Of a DNA stretch of 64,000 bases, positions 31,745 through 41,707 are shown in pieces. Made by a program: the position numbers and the translations under genes. Numbering within the stretch: position 1 is the first letter of the stretch; each line of letters begins with the position of its first letter. The DNA lies in assembly GCA_963804955.1 (NCBI GenBank), contig CAWDSQ010000013.1, positions 32,001-96,000 on the forward strand, given 5' to 3'. This stretch comes from an uncultured delta proteobacterium (GTDB lineage Bacteria > Desulfobacterota > WTBG01 > CAIYCZ01 > CAIRTM01). The notes below the pieces were generated by a model that saw only the letters and a list, made by a program, of their open reading frames with translations, did no database searches and was not told the origin of the DNA.

Positions 31745-33181
31745 TCAAGGTTGATAAATATGTTTTTTCCTCTTTGACGAGGAAAGAACCCCCAGCATCT
31801 CACGATACTTTGTTACCGTACGACGGGCGATATTGACGCCCTTTGCTTTTAACATTTTCACAATTTCCTGATCGCTGCAGGGCTTGTGCGTATCCTCATT
31901 CATGACGAGTTCTTTAATCATGTTTTTCACACTTTCCGAGGCAATCGATTCCCCGTCGTCGGAAGAAAGGCCGCTGTTAAAAAAATATTTCAACTCAAAA
32001 ATACCATGTGGCGTCAACACATATTTATTTGTCGTAATACGGCTCACATTCGATTCATGCATTCCCACATCCTCGGCAATATCCCGCAGCACCAGTGGTT
32101 TCAAGTAGCCTGAGCCATAATCAAAAAAATCATGCTGAAACTTGATAATGCTTTTCATGACGTTCACAATGGTCGACTGGCGATGATACACGCTTTTTAT
32201 AAGCCAGACAGCAGAGCGCAGCTTATCCTGTATGTACTCCCGTGTTTTATCAGAACTGCCCTTATTGCCGGCAAGAATGTTTTTATAAAAAGAATTAATG
32301 CGAAGTTTGGGCTGACCATCCTCGTTGAGCATGACGACATATTCGTCTCCGGACTTGTAGACGTATATATCAGGAGTAACATACTGCGTTTCATTATCGT
32401 TAAAAGCCCGTCCCGGTCGCGGCTCCATATTGGCAATAATCTCACAGGCCTCAAGCACCTCCTTGAGCGGCATCTTTAAGTCCCGCGCAATAACTTGATA
32501 CTTCTTTCTTTCAAGCGCCTTCATGCAGTTCAACAGTATCTGTTTTATAAGCCCGCTATCGCAGGGAAGCAGCTCAGCCTGAGCGAGCAGGCACTCGGCA
32601 AGATTAAGGGAGGCAACGCCTACAGGATCAAACCGCAGAATTCTTCTGCGCACCTCCTCGACGCGCTGTCGTCTCGACACCAAGATCAGCAGCAACCTCA
32701 TCCGGCGTCAGAAGAAGATAGCCGTCTTTGTTAATATTGCCTATGATATACTCGCCAATCTCCATTTCCTGATCGCTGAGAGCATGAAGATGAAGCTGCC
32801 AGAGCAAATGGTCTGCAAAAGAAGTTTTTTTGGTAATGGACGGAGAATACTCCTCTCGCTCACCCTCCATCAAAATAACCGCCGCCGGAAGGACCGAAGG
32901 AACGATCGACATAATCGCGCCAGTCGAAATCGTCCGCAGGATCGGCCTTGCGATCCTCCAGAACAGCTGCTTCATCAATCGTGATCTCCGCGCTCGTCTT
33001 TTGCCTCAAGCTCCGGCTCCAGCGTTTCGTCAAGAACGGGGTTTTCATTAATCTCCTGGGTAATAAGATCGGAAAGCTCAAGGCGCGAAAGCTGCAGGAG
33101 CTTAATCGCCTGCTGCAGCTGAGGAGTCATAACTAGCTGCTGAGTAAGTTTGAGTTGTTGCTTGAGTTCCATGCCAGACAA
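31745..33181 (-). CDS. rpoN: RNA polymerase sigma-54 factor; about 3 frameshifts
   Basis: [30 protein letters not shown], RpoN box [10 protein letters not shown] across four ORF fragments. Confidence 0.95.
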
Positions 33182-33184
33182 CCA

Positions 33185-33910
33185 TTACATGCTGAATTTT
33201 TCGCCTAAATATATTGCGCGGGCACTGCTGCTTTCAACAATCTTCTCGGGCTCGCCCTCTTCAAGCACGCGGCCTTCATATATAATATATGCACGCTTAC
33301 AGATATTAAGCGTTTCGCGTACATTATGGTCGGATATAAGCACGCCGATGCCTTTAGCGCTCAGCCTCATTATTATATTTTGAATGTCCTGAACTGCAAT
33401 CGGATCAACTCCGGTGAAAGGCTCGTCGAAAAGAATAAATTGGGGTGACGTTACAAGAGCCCTGGTAATCTCAACGCGGCGTCGCTCACCGCCGGAGAGA
33501 AGATATGCTTTCCGTTTAGCAATATGCGCAATAGTGAGTTCACGCAGATTCTCCTCAAGACGTTCCTGCATTTCCTCGCGGGTTATCGGCAGGGTTTCAA
33601 GCACGGCCATGATGTTTTCCTCGACCGTAAGCTTTCGAAAAATTGAGGTTTCCTGTGGCAGATAGGTGATTCCTTTGCGCGCCCGCAAATACATCGGATA
33701 TTCGGTTATATCTTCCGAGTTAAAGTAAACTTGGCCGGCATCAGGCTTATAAATTCCCGTGAGCATATAAAAGGTTGTCGTTTTACCGGCGCCATTTGGG
33801 CCAAGCAGCCCCACCACCTCGCCCTTGTTCACCTCAATGGAGATATTGTCGACAACCCTTTTTTTACCGAAATTTTTTATAAGACCATGTGATCTAAGCT
33901 GACTCATCAA
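33185..33910 (-). CDS. lptB: LPS export ABC ATPase
   Basis: GLLGPNGAGKTT, YLPQE.SIFRKL, LSGGERRRVEI, SDHNVRETL. Confidence 0.95.
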   Translation of the reverse strand: MMSQLRSHGLIKNFGKKRVVDNISIEVNKGEVVGLLGPNGAGKTTTFYMLTGIYKPDAGQVYFNSEDITEYPMYLRARKGITYLPQETSIFRKLTVEENIMAVLETLPITREEMQERLEENLRELTIAHIAKRKAYLLSGGERRRVEITRALVTSPQFILFDEPFTGVDPIAVQDIQNIIMRLSAKGIGVLISDHNVRETLNICKRAYIIYEGRVLEEGEPEKIVESSSARAIYLGEKFSM

Positions 33911-33982
33911 AACCTTTCAAGTCAAAGTCCTCATCCGGAAACTAGCTGTGAGTCCATTGCACTGAGTACAATATAGTATTTT

Positions 33983-35161
33983 TTATTTCTTTTTTCCCTT
34001 CTTTTCTTTGGGTTGGATGGTAGCGCTGACCCTGTCCTGAGAGGTTCCCTCAACAACACTCCGATCCTGCTTCAGATAGACTGTAATTTTATTGCCGACA
34101 ATAACATTATTGCCCTGCCAAACACGGGGATTACCCGTTGCAACAATTTTTTGTTCATCGCCGTAGAACACTATTTTCTGTCCGGTAGCAATGCGGTCTC
34201 CCTGTATAATCTTCACATTTCCTGTTGCTGCCAACTCCTTGATTCCGCCCTTTTCATTCTTTTCACCAGACTTGCCGGCATAGGTGGCTTCCATCTGATC
34301 GGCAAACATGGACAGATCACCTTGCCGGGCTACGACATTGCCGCGAAAAATAGCGGTATTGTCCTTGTTGCTGTACTCAAGAGAATCAGAACTTATATTC
34401 ACCGGCTGATCAAGCTTTAACGACTTCCCGTCTTCTTTTCTATCACTTCCCTGCTTTTTCTTCTTTTCAGGCACAGCATGCTTTGGCGGGCTGTCTTCCA
34501 CCAGCTCTTCGAGCTGTTGAGGATCACCTGAAGACTTTAACTGCCGTGCTTCCGCGTCAGCCATCTCCTGCTCATCAGCCAGTTCACGGTCAACTGCTTT
34601 TTCATAGTCTGCTGCGCCAGTCTCACCTGCAGGAGCTGCGTATTTCTTTCTTATTGTCACTTTCGGCCGCTGTGCCGAAGGAATCAGAGGCGCCTTGTCA
34701 AGCAGTTCCTGCTCGATCTTTCGGGCGAGTTCATCAATAACCCTGTCTACATCCGGACCTTCGGCATAGGTCTTAAAATAGTTGTCACCAGGAAAATTAT
34801 AAAAAACCTGCGTATCAATACTCACGGCATCCTGCACCGTCGTTACGCTGCCAAACAGCACAAAATTTACATTCAACTGCCGGGCAACCTCCCGCAGCCG
34901 GTCCTCGCTTGGTGCGGCGGCTTCATCCCGGTCAATGACCGCTTTCAAATCATCAATAGCAGGTGTCACAATAAGCGGGCTGGCAGAAAGCTGCTGCAAG
35001 AGCTTCACCGCGACATCCCTGCCAAGAGATGTTTTCTGCTCTCCGCTGAATGATTCAAACGGGAGCACAGCTGCGCTCACCGCAATATCCTGCTCTGCCC
35101 GGGCCGTACAGGGCACAAGCAGCGCAACCAGGACCATACCAAACAAAATATTTTTTTTCAT
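33983..35161 (-). CDS. lptA: LPS transport protein LptA with extra N-terminal domain
   Basis: C-terminal OstA-like region (PVNISSDSLEY, FRGNVVARQG, ATGNV); lies between lptC and lptB. Confidence 0.85.
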   Translation of the reverse strand: MKKNILFGMVLVALLVPCTARAEQDIAVSAAVLPFESFSGEQKTSLGRDVAVKLLQQLSASPLIVTPAIDDLKAVIDRDEAAAPSEDRLREVARQLNVNFVLFGSVTTVQDAVSIDTQVFYNFPGDNYFKTYAEGPDVDRVIDELARKIEQELLDKAPLIPSAQRPKVTIRKKYAAPAGETGAADYEKAVDRELADEQEMADAEARQLKSSGDPQQLEELVEDSPPKHAVPEKKKKQGSDRKEDGKSLKLDQPVNISSDSLEYSNKDNTAIFRGNVVARQGDLSMFADQMEATYAGKSGEKNEKGGIKELAATGNVKIIQGDRIATGQKIVFYGDEQKIVATGNPRVWQGNNVIVGNKITVYLKQDRSVVEGTSQDRVSATIQPKEKKGKKK

Positions 35162-35730
35162 TTGCTCCCCAGCGCCTTTACATTACTCGAAATTGTCAAT
35201 TTTTCCTTAGCCATATCTATTATCATGCCCTTACCTTCCAATGCAAACTTACTATTGCGCCGGATGAAAACCTTATCCTGCGTCGTTATAAGCCGTTTAG
35301 CATGATCATAATCGACAGACTCTGTCTGTATGGTTGTGTTGTCCGGCATGGAACCCCATATTTCGCCATGCATCTTGATATCACGGGATTCCGTATTGAA
35401 TTCGCCGTGCCGGCCTCGTATTTTAAACACCTTCCCATTGGGCCGATAAACGCTTACGAAAAGATTTTCCAGAATAACGCGCTTTTCGTTTTGCAGATAC
35501 TGCGCGGATTCGGCATCCAAATCCCACTCTTTAAAATTATCATTGTTTGTGGTTGAGTATGCAACATTTTTCAGCGCAACACTCGGGCCGGCGGCATTGA
35601 TGGCCTGGGGAAGGTCTGTTTTAATAACGATCTGTTGCTTTTTGCTGCCGATAGCCATTCCGACTACGACCGAAACAGCTACGGCAGCAACAAATAGAAG
35701 CGCAAAACGTATTCTTTTAATGGTTACCAT
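35158..35730 (-). CDS. lptC: LPS export periplasmic protein LptC
   Basis: Single N-terminal TM helix, WDLDAESAQY, LEGKGM; operon position. Confidence 0.85.
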   Translation of the reverse strand: MVTIKRIRFALLFVAAVAVSVVVGMAIGSKKQQIVIKTDLPQAINAAGPSVALKNVAYSTTNNDNFKEWDLDAESAQYLQNEKRVILENLFVSVYRPNGKVFKIRGRHGEFNTESRDIKMHGEIWGSMPDNTTIQTESVDYDHAKRLITTQDKVFIRRNSKFALEGKGMIIDMAKEKLTISSNVKALGSK

Positions 35731-35794
35731 TGTCTTCTCGCAATGCAGCATACAAGGATGCTGCGTCCGTTAGTCTGAAATGATGAACTCCTCA

Positions 35795-36313
35795 TCAGTA
35801 ATATCTGGATGTAACGGCCTGCCAGGTACCCTGAGCTTTCATAATCATATCACACACTTCCCGTACAGCTCCATCACCGCCGGCATGCCGTGTCGTATAA
35901 TGCGCCAGCAGACGAACCTCATCTACCGCTCCCGGAACAGCAACCGCAAACCCGGATCGACGCAGCAGAGGCGCATCGGGCAAATCGTCGCCAACAGAAC
36001 AAATCTCCTGATCGGCAAGGCTTTTCCGGGCGACGATTTCCTCATACGCGTCAATCTTGTTTAAGGCTTTTTGATACACAATTTCTATGCCCAGATTGGC
36101 TGCCCTGTGCTCTACAGCCTTTGACATCCTCCCGGTAATGATAGCAACATCTATACCGGTACGCATAAGCATCTTGAGGCCATGCCCGTCACGACTGTCG
36201 AAAAACTTCAACTCTTCACCACTGTCACTGTAGACAATCTTACCGTCCGTCATGACGCCGTCGACATCAAGTATGAGCAGTTTAATCTTTTTTGCCTTTT
36301 GCGTGATATCCAT
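35795..36313 (-). CDS. kdsC: KDO 8-phosphate phosphatase
   Basis: LDVDGVMTDG, RDGHG, GDDLPD, GGDGAVRE. Confidence 0.93.
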   Translation of the reverse strand: MDITQKAKKIKLLILDVDGVMTDGKIVYSDSGEELKFFDSRDGHGLKMLMRTGIDVAIITGRMSKAVEHRAANLGIEIVYQKALNKIDAYEEIVARKSLADQEICSVGDDLPDAPLLRRSGFAVAVPGAVDEVRLLAHYTTRHAGGDGAVREVCDMIMKAQGTWQAVTSRYY

Positions 36314-36332
36314 CGAAAAATATCCTCACGGA

Positions 36333-37298
36333 TCAGACAACACCGGCCTTCAGTATATCATGAAGGTGAATAAGTCCTTCAACCTTTTTCGGCACCGACT
36401 CAGACAGTACAAAGAGCGATGTAATAGCGTGCCGCTCCATCAGACGAAGCGCAGTGGCGGCAAGAGCTTTTTTTGTTATGGTTTTGGGAGACAGGGTCAT
36501 AACGTCGCGGGCTTTTTTTGTCAGAACATCACTGCATTTTTCAAGAGTTCGGCGCAAATCACCGTCTGTTATAACGCCGACAAAATTCTCATCGCTGTCG
36601 CACACGCCGGTTATACCGAGCCGTTTTGATGTCATCTCGATGAGCGCAATGCTCATCGAATCGTCCTGCGACACCATGGGGACCGCATCTTTTACATGCA
36701 TCAGATCCTCGACACGCAATAGCAGCTTCTTGCCGAGGGCGCCGCCGGGATGAAGCAGGGCGAAATCTTCTTCTTTGAATCCCCGGCGCTCAAGCACGGT
36801 TATGGCAAGGGCATCACCCATAGCCATGGTGGCAGCCGTTGATGCTGTGGGAACGAGGTTCAAAACACAGGCTTCCTCTTTAACTCCGATATCAAGTACG
36901 ACATCGCCGTTGCGTGCAAGCACGGATTCAGCATTGCCCGTCATCACGATAAGGGGCAGCCCCATGCGCTTCACCACCGGCAGCACCTTGAGCACTTCAT
37001 CCGTCTCACCGCTATTGGATATGGCAAGCACCACATCATCCTGAGACATCATGCCGATATCTCCATGAATGCCCTCGGCAGGATGTAAAAAAAAGGCGGG
37101 CGTTCCCGAGCAGGCAAAAGTAGAAGCGATTTTCCGGCCCATAATGCCGGATTTCCCGATACCAATGACGATTACCTTGCCGCTGCAGGCAAGCAGCATA
37201 TTCACCGCTTGAATGAAATTCTCATCGAGTCTATCCTGCAATTTCAGTATCGACTCTGCCTCTATTGCAAATACTTTCCTAGCCCGTTCCAGCACCAT
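36333..37298 (-). CDS. kdsD: Arabinose 5-phosphate isomerase (KpsF/GutQ)
   Basis: GIGKSG, HPAEGIHGD, ISNSGET, PTAST, HPGGALG, CBS pair. Confidence 0.93.
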   Translation of the reverse strand: MVLERARKVFAIEAESILKLQDRLDENFIQAVNMLLACSGKVIVIGIGKSGIMGRKIASTFACSGTPAFFLHPAEGIHGDIGMMSQDDVVLAISNSGETDEVLKVLPVVKRMGLPLIVMTGNAESVLARNGDVVLDIGVKEEACVLNLVPTASTAATMAMGDALAITVLERRGFKEEDFALLHPGGALGKKLLLRVEDLMHVKDAVPMVSQDDSMSIALIEMTSKRLGITGVCDSDENFVGVITDGDLRRTLEKCSDVLTKKARDVMTLSPKTITKKALAATALRLMERHAITSLFVLSESVPKKVEGLIHLHDILKAGVV

Positions 37299-38123
37299 TT
37301 ACCTCTTCCCTGCTTTATCAATATTCACAATTTGCCTGAGCAGCTCCGGCAGGTCACTCAACAGCACCGAGTTTGGGCCGTCGCACAGTGCGGCATCAGG
37401 ATTTTCATGCACTTCCAAAAACAGCGCGTCTATGCCTGCTGCAACGGCAGCACGGGCCAGCGGCGCGACAAACTGCCGGTCTCCTCCCGATGCAGTGCCC
37501 TGCCCGCCGGGCAGCTGAACACTGTGCGTGGCATCAAAAACAACCGGATATCCCATAGTGCGCATGATGACCAGGCCGCGCATGTCAACCACAAGATTAT
37601 TATAGCCGAAACATGCCCCCCGCTCCGTTACCATGATGTTCTGGTTACCGGTTGATGCAGCCTTGTCAATAACCGGCATTATATCATGAGGGGCGAGAAA
37701 CTGCCCTTTTTTAATATTGATTGTTTTTCCCGCACGGGCAACTTCGATAATAAAATCGGTCTGTCGGCATAAAAACGCCGGAACCTGAAGCACATCAAGC
37801 ACGTCTGCTGCCGGCCCTATTTCTTCGAACCGGTGGACATCTGAAAGAACCGGAAGGCTGAATTCATATTTTATATTTTTGAGAATATCCAAACCAGGCT
37901 TCAGGCCGGGGCCGCGATAGGATTTAAGAGACGTGCGGTTGGCCTTATCATATGACGCTTTAAAAACAAGCGGCATGCCGGCATCAGAGGCAATTGCCTT
38001 GAGTCTTGCGGCACTTGCAAAAGCCTCTTTTTCCCCTTCAATAACGCAGGGACCGGCTATCAGCACCAGGGGGTTTCCGCCGCCCATAGTGAGAGAACCA
38101 ATTTTAACTTCACGTGTCGGCAT
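37299..38123 (-). CDS. kdsA: KDO 8-phosphate synthase
   Basis: IAGPCVIE, KASYDKANRTS, PAFLCRQT, FDATHSVQ. Confidence 0.96.
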   Translation of the reverse strand: MPTREVKIGSLTMGGGNPLVLIAGPCVIEGEKEAFASAARLKAIASDAGMPLVFKASYDKANRTSLKSYRGPGLKPGLDILKNIKYEFSLPVLSDVHRFEEIGPAADVLDVLQVPAFLCRQTDFIIEVARAGKTINIKKGQFLAPHDIMPVIDKAASTGNQNIMVTERGACFGYNNLVVDMRGLVIMRTMGYPVVFDATHSVQLPGGQGTASGGDRQFVAPLARAAVAAGIDALFLEVHENPDAALCDGPNSVLLSDLPELLRQIVNIDKAGKR

Positions 38124-38169
38124 TGCGCTTACCTATAAAAATGAGGCTTAAAGATAAGTGAATTACGGT

Positions 38170-38910
38170 TCAAACTGCCATACCCTGCTGGTGCAAAATA
38201 CTTTCAACTGTTGCAATGTCAGCAGGCACGTCAACCCCTATAGGCTCATAATCCGTTTCTTCAACATGAATAGCAAACCCGTTTTCAAGAGCCCGCAACT
38301 GCTCGAGGCTTTCTGTCTTTTCAAGCTCGGATTGCGGCAGGCCTGTCAAGTGAAGCAGAAAATCCCTGCGGTACACATAGAGTCCAATATGGCGATACAT
38401 AGCGGCTCCTGCAGTGCGGCTGCGAAAAAACGGTATTGCGGAACGGGAGAAATAAAGCGCTCTGCCCCGGGCATCCGTAACGACCTTGACAATATTGGGG
38501 TTCGACCTATCCTGCTCGGCTTTGATCCTTGCTTTTAAAGTCCCCATGAAAATGCGTTCATCGGCCAGCAGGGGCCGGACAGCCAGGTCGATAGTATGGG
38601 GCTGCAGCAAAGGCTCATCACCCTGCACATTAACAATAAGGTCCGTTTCCATAGCCTGAGCGGCCTCTGCAATGCGGTCGGTTCCTGTTGCATGCCGGTC
38701 AGAGGTCAAGCACACTTCGCCGCCGAAAGCCTGAACAGCCCTGGCAATCTCGGCACTGTCGGTTGCAACAACCACCCGGTCAAGCACTGCACACCTGCGG
38801 GTATTTTCATACACCCGCTGAATCATCGGCTTGCCGCAAATACTTGCCAGCGGTTTGCCGGGAAACCGTGTAGAGGCGTAGCGCGCAGGTATAACCGCAA
38901 CTATCTTCAT
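38170..38910 (-). CDS. kdsB: CMP-KDO synthetase
   Basis: IPARYASTRFPGKPL, NVQGDEP, ALYFSR, LEQLRALE. Confidence 0.96.
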   Translation of the reverse strand: MKIVAVIPARYASTRFPGKPLASICGKPMIQRVYENTRRCAVLDRVVVATDSAEIARAVQAFGGEVCLTSDRHATGTDRIAEAAQAMETDLIVNVQGDEPLLQPHTIDLAVRPLLADERIFMGTLKARIKAEQDRSNPNIVKVVTDARGRALYFSRSAIPFFRSRTAGAAMYRHIGLYVYRRDFLLHLTGLPQSELEKTESLEQLRALENGFAIHVEETDYEPIGVDVPADIATVESILHQQGMAV

Positions 38911-39287
38911 GGCTATCTATTGAATAATACAATAATTTTAATGAATTAAATTATGCAGTATAGTTTAATTAAACTTCCAAGGCAAGAATAAAAGGATACC
39001 AGAGCGCATGCCGATTAGACACACATTACATGCAACCCGAGGGTGTCTCTGAAACAAGAAAAAAGGTATCACAGCGATCATACAACAGGAAATAAAAAAT
39101 GATACATCTCATTATACCCAAGTATACGCTTTATATTAAGATTCAGGATGGTATATCATATTGAATGAGCACATAGAGCTAAATCACGTAAAATATGATT
39201 TACCTAAATAAACACAACAAAACAAATCCGGGCATTCATTAAGAGTTGATGCAATTCACAGGTTATGTCACGCTACTATGGACTTTT

Positions 39288-39333
39288 ATCAAGAAGGCCT
39301 GAACACTCAATCGAGTATTCAGGCCTTCTTGAT
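39288..39333. repeat. Long inverted repeat with 16-bp perfect arms
   Basis: atcaagaaggcctgaa / ttcaggccttcttgat plus inner actc/gagt. Confidence 0.9.
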
Positions 39334-39460
39334 GCTAGAGTCTTAAATCCTCCCCGCGCTCAGTGCGATATGAGAGATAGTCATTGGTGGCTACTATTCC
39401 ACCCCCAATCCTCTTGTGAAGGATGCGTACAAAGGTTGGTTCTTCAATAGCGGCTAAAAC

Positions 39461-39643
39461 CTAACGTTTGACTGCTGCTACTTGCCGATGTACGTTTGAC
39501 TGATTGAACCAGGGGAGCTCATTTCTATGGTCCCATGCCTCCAGTACTATTGTGAAAACAATAGCAATGGCCCATGCAAGGATTAGATGCGATAAAGGGG
39601 TTTTACGTCTGATTATTAGTTGCTGAGATATCTGATCGTTCAT
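39461..39643 (-). CDS. Small single-TM hypothetical protein
   Basis: 60 aa; AAGGA RBS upstream; hydrophobic LILAWAIAIVFTIVL. Confidence 0.45.
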   Translation of the reverse strand: MNDQISQQLIIRRKTPLSHLILAWAIAIVFTIVLEAWDHRNELPWFNQSNVHRQVAAVKR

Positions 39644-39795
39644 AAAAAAATCCTTCTAAAAATACTTCTGCCGTAAAAGCCCGTTCCGGCAAAAGTGGTT
39701 AGAATGCTGTGCCCGCGTTTCGATGCATGATGCTAACAGGAATACTTCGACCGCGCAGGCAGACTGCACTACCAACAAGGTTTGCAGATACTCCA

Positions 39796-39812
39796 TTCAA
39801 ATTTGGTGCCAA
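39796..39812 (-). promoter_or_regulatory. Candidate sigma54 (-24/-12) promoter
   Basis: Minus strand TTGGCACCAAATTTGAA (GG-N10-GA variant), with an AT-rich tract and TGT/ACA boxes upstream. Confidence 0.45.
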
Positions 39813-40030
39813 GCCCTCATACAGGCACACTATGAATAATAATGAAGTATATTTATAATTTACTGAATAATTAATGCGATAAAATCCTAGAGGGAGAATG
39901 TGTCATGGCTCAGAATGTGACATCACGAACCGTGTCAATTACACATAAAGAGAAGTTAAAATACGAGCCTGAAGCAGGCTCAATATTTTAAGAATCGCAG
40001 GGTCGCCAGTCCGATTTTTGGCGCAGGGGC

Positions 40031-40134
40031 GCAATGAACCACCCCGCCGCAAATGGACGGGGCAGCAAGGACATTTTAGTTGTATATATAAATAATCGCA
40101 GCAAGCTGCGGGGAATTGACCCGTAGCGATTAAA
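40031..40134 (+). mobile_element. Miniature IS200/IS605-like (palindrome-ended) non-autonomous element
   Basis: aaccaccccgccgcaaatggacgggg and cgcagcaagctgcggggaattgacccg hairpin ends, no ORF. Confidence 0.55.
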
Positions 40135-40535
40135 TTCGCCCCATGGTCAAAATCGGATGGAAAATGCTGTCACCCATTAAAGGTTCCTCGTGTTAAATTA
40201 TCCAAGGACGGGAAGAGCATACAAAATATTGTTCCCATGTTTGCCTTCCTGCAATTCCGCATTGCGTCTCTCTAATCGAACAGATAAAAACCCGGGAGAT
40301 TACAAATCACCAAAATTTACATGGAAAAAATCTAGACGCATGGAACTACCAAAAAAGTTATCACAGCCTTTGCTGCTGCAGAGTGTGTAGGAGTGCATTC
40401 TGACATTAAAAATGTTATTTGATGTCATGCGCGGCAATGCGGAGCATATCCTCCCGCGCTCACTACACGGCACTATATATCATATGGGTTGGAGGTTTCC
40501 GGCAGGCGTTCGATGAAGCCAGGGAGATGATCGGC

Positions 40536-41200
40536 TCATGCCTGCTTCCCAAGCATTCTGCCTGTAGCATAACAGCGCTGAAGCAATTCCCTGTTGCGGC
40601 TGCTGTCATCCACAGCAAGGTTTGCCGGAAGGCCGAGTTTTTCATACAGGGCTGCGAGATCGCCTACCGGCTTTGCAACCTGACCGGCAATGGCAAGCCT
40701 GGTGCCTGAAACAACCTCAAGAGTATTTTCAGGGCCTAGTATGCCGGTCATGAATTTAAAAAGATCAATCACTGGCTGAGCGTCCGCCGCTGTCTGATGA
40801 GCCCATGCTCAGCAGCAGAACAAACCGCTTGTTCCAGGGCTGCCATGGCGTGTGCCGGATGCTCTCCGGCGTAAGCTGCACATTAATGAATGAGCGGAAG
40901 CGGTCAATTATTTTTTTGAGCGGGGCGGTAAGATGGTGAAAGTAAACAGGGGAAGCAAAAACCAGAGCATCAGCCCCCGCAATCTTTTCACGTAAAGCTT
41001 TCCAGTCATCTCCGCCCAGTGCGCAGCGCCTGAGCACATTGCAGCGCAGGCAGCCAGTGCAGTATTTAAGGTTCAGATCCTGGGCGACAAGCACCTCGGC
41101 CTGTCCGCCCGCGTCACGTACGCCGCGTAGACAGCTCTGCCAGAAGCAGCGATGTATTGCCTTTTCTGCGCGGGCTCCCGTTAAAAGCAAGAATGTTCAT
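40536..41200 (-). CDS. Flavodoxin-like NAD(P)H-dependent FMN reductase / iron-sulfur flavoprotein; at least 2 frameshifts
   Basis: MNILAFNGSPRRKGNT from 41200, then CTGCLRC..C, ADALVFASPVY, LKKIIDR, then ORF 40536..40772. Confidence 0.85.
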
Positions 41201-41212
41201 AATCAGAAAACC

Positions 41213-41580
41213 TCAGGCTGGTGTGATAAATGATGTGTCCTTGAAATAGTCGCTAAGGGAAACAATGCGACCACCGGAAAAATGCATAAGGTCAGGCCGC
41301 GGTTGCGGTATGGCTCGCCTTCAGCAGTCTGCCCCTCATTGGTCCATACAACACAGGCTCGCTCGCCATCGGACAGGACTTCCTGCACCGTAAACACGAG
41401 ACGGGAGTATTTTCGAAACAGCAGTTTCAAAAAAAGAAGCATCCGCCTTGACCCGTCGATAGCGCCTGCACCGGGAAAATCGAATGCAACGTTCGGGGCA
41501 AGATGGCGTTCCAGATCAGTAAAATCGCGCGTGTTCATGGCATTAAAAAAAGTTCGCGCCTGTAGCCCTGGTGTTGCCAT
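41213..41580 (-). CDS. SnoaL/NTF2-like protein; frameshift near 41290
   Basis: FFNAMN.RD...L...LAPNV.FDFPG, WTNEG...G.PY.NRG; shifted frame ends GRIVSLSDYFKDTSF. Confidence 0.8.
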
Positions 41581-41707
41581 GCCTGACCCTCCTTTTGCCT
41601 GCGATCCATTGTGCGGACATGGGTAGCCCGCATGCCTGAGATGTGCTATACATCTACCATAAACAATCGTTGAACACCACCTGCGGATTGTCCCGCAAAG
41701 GAGATGC

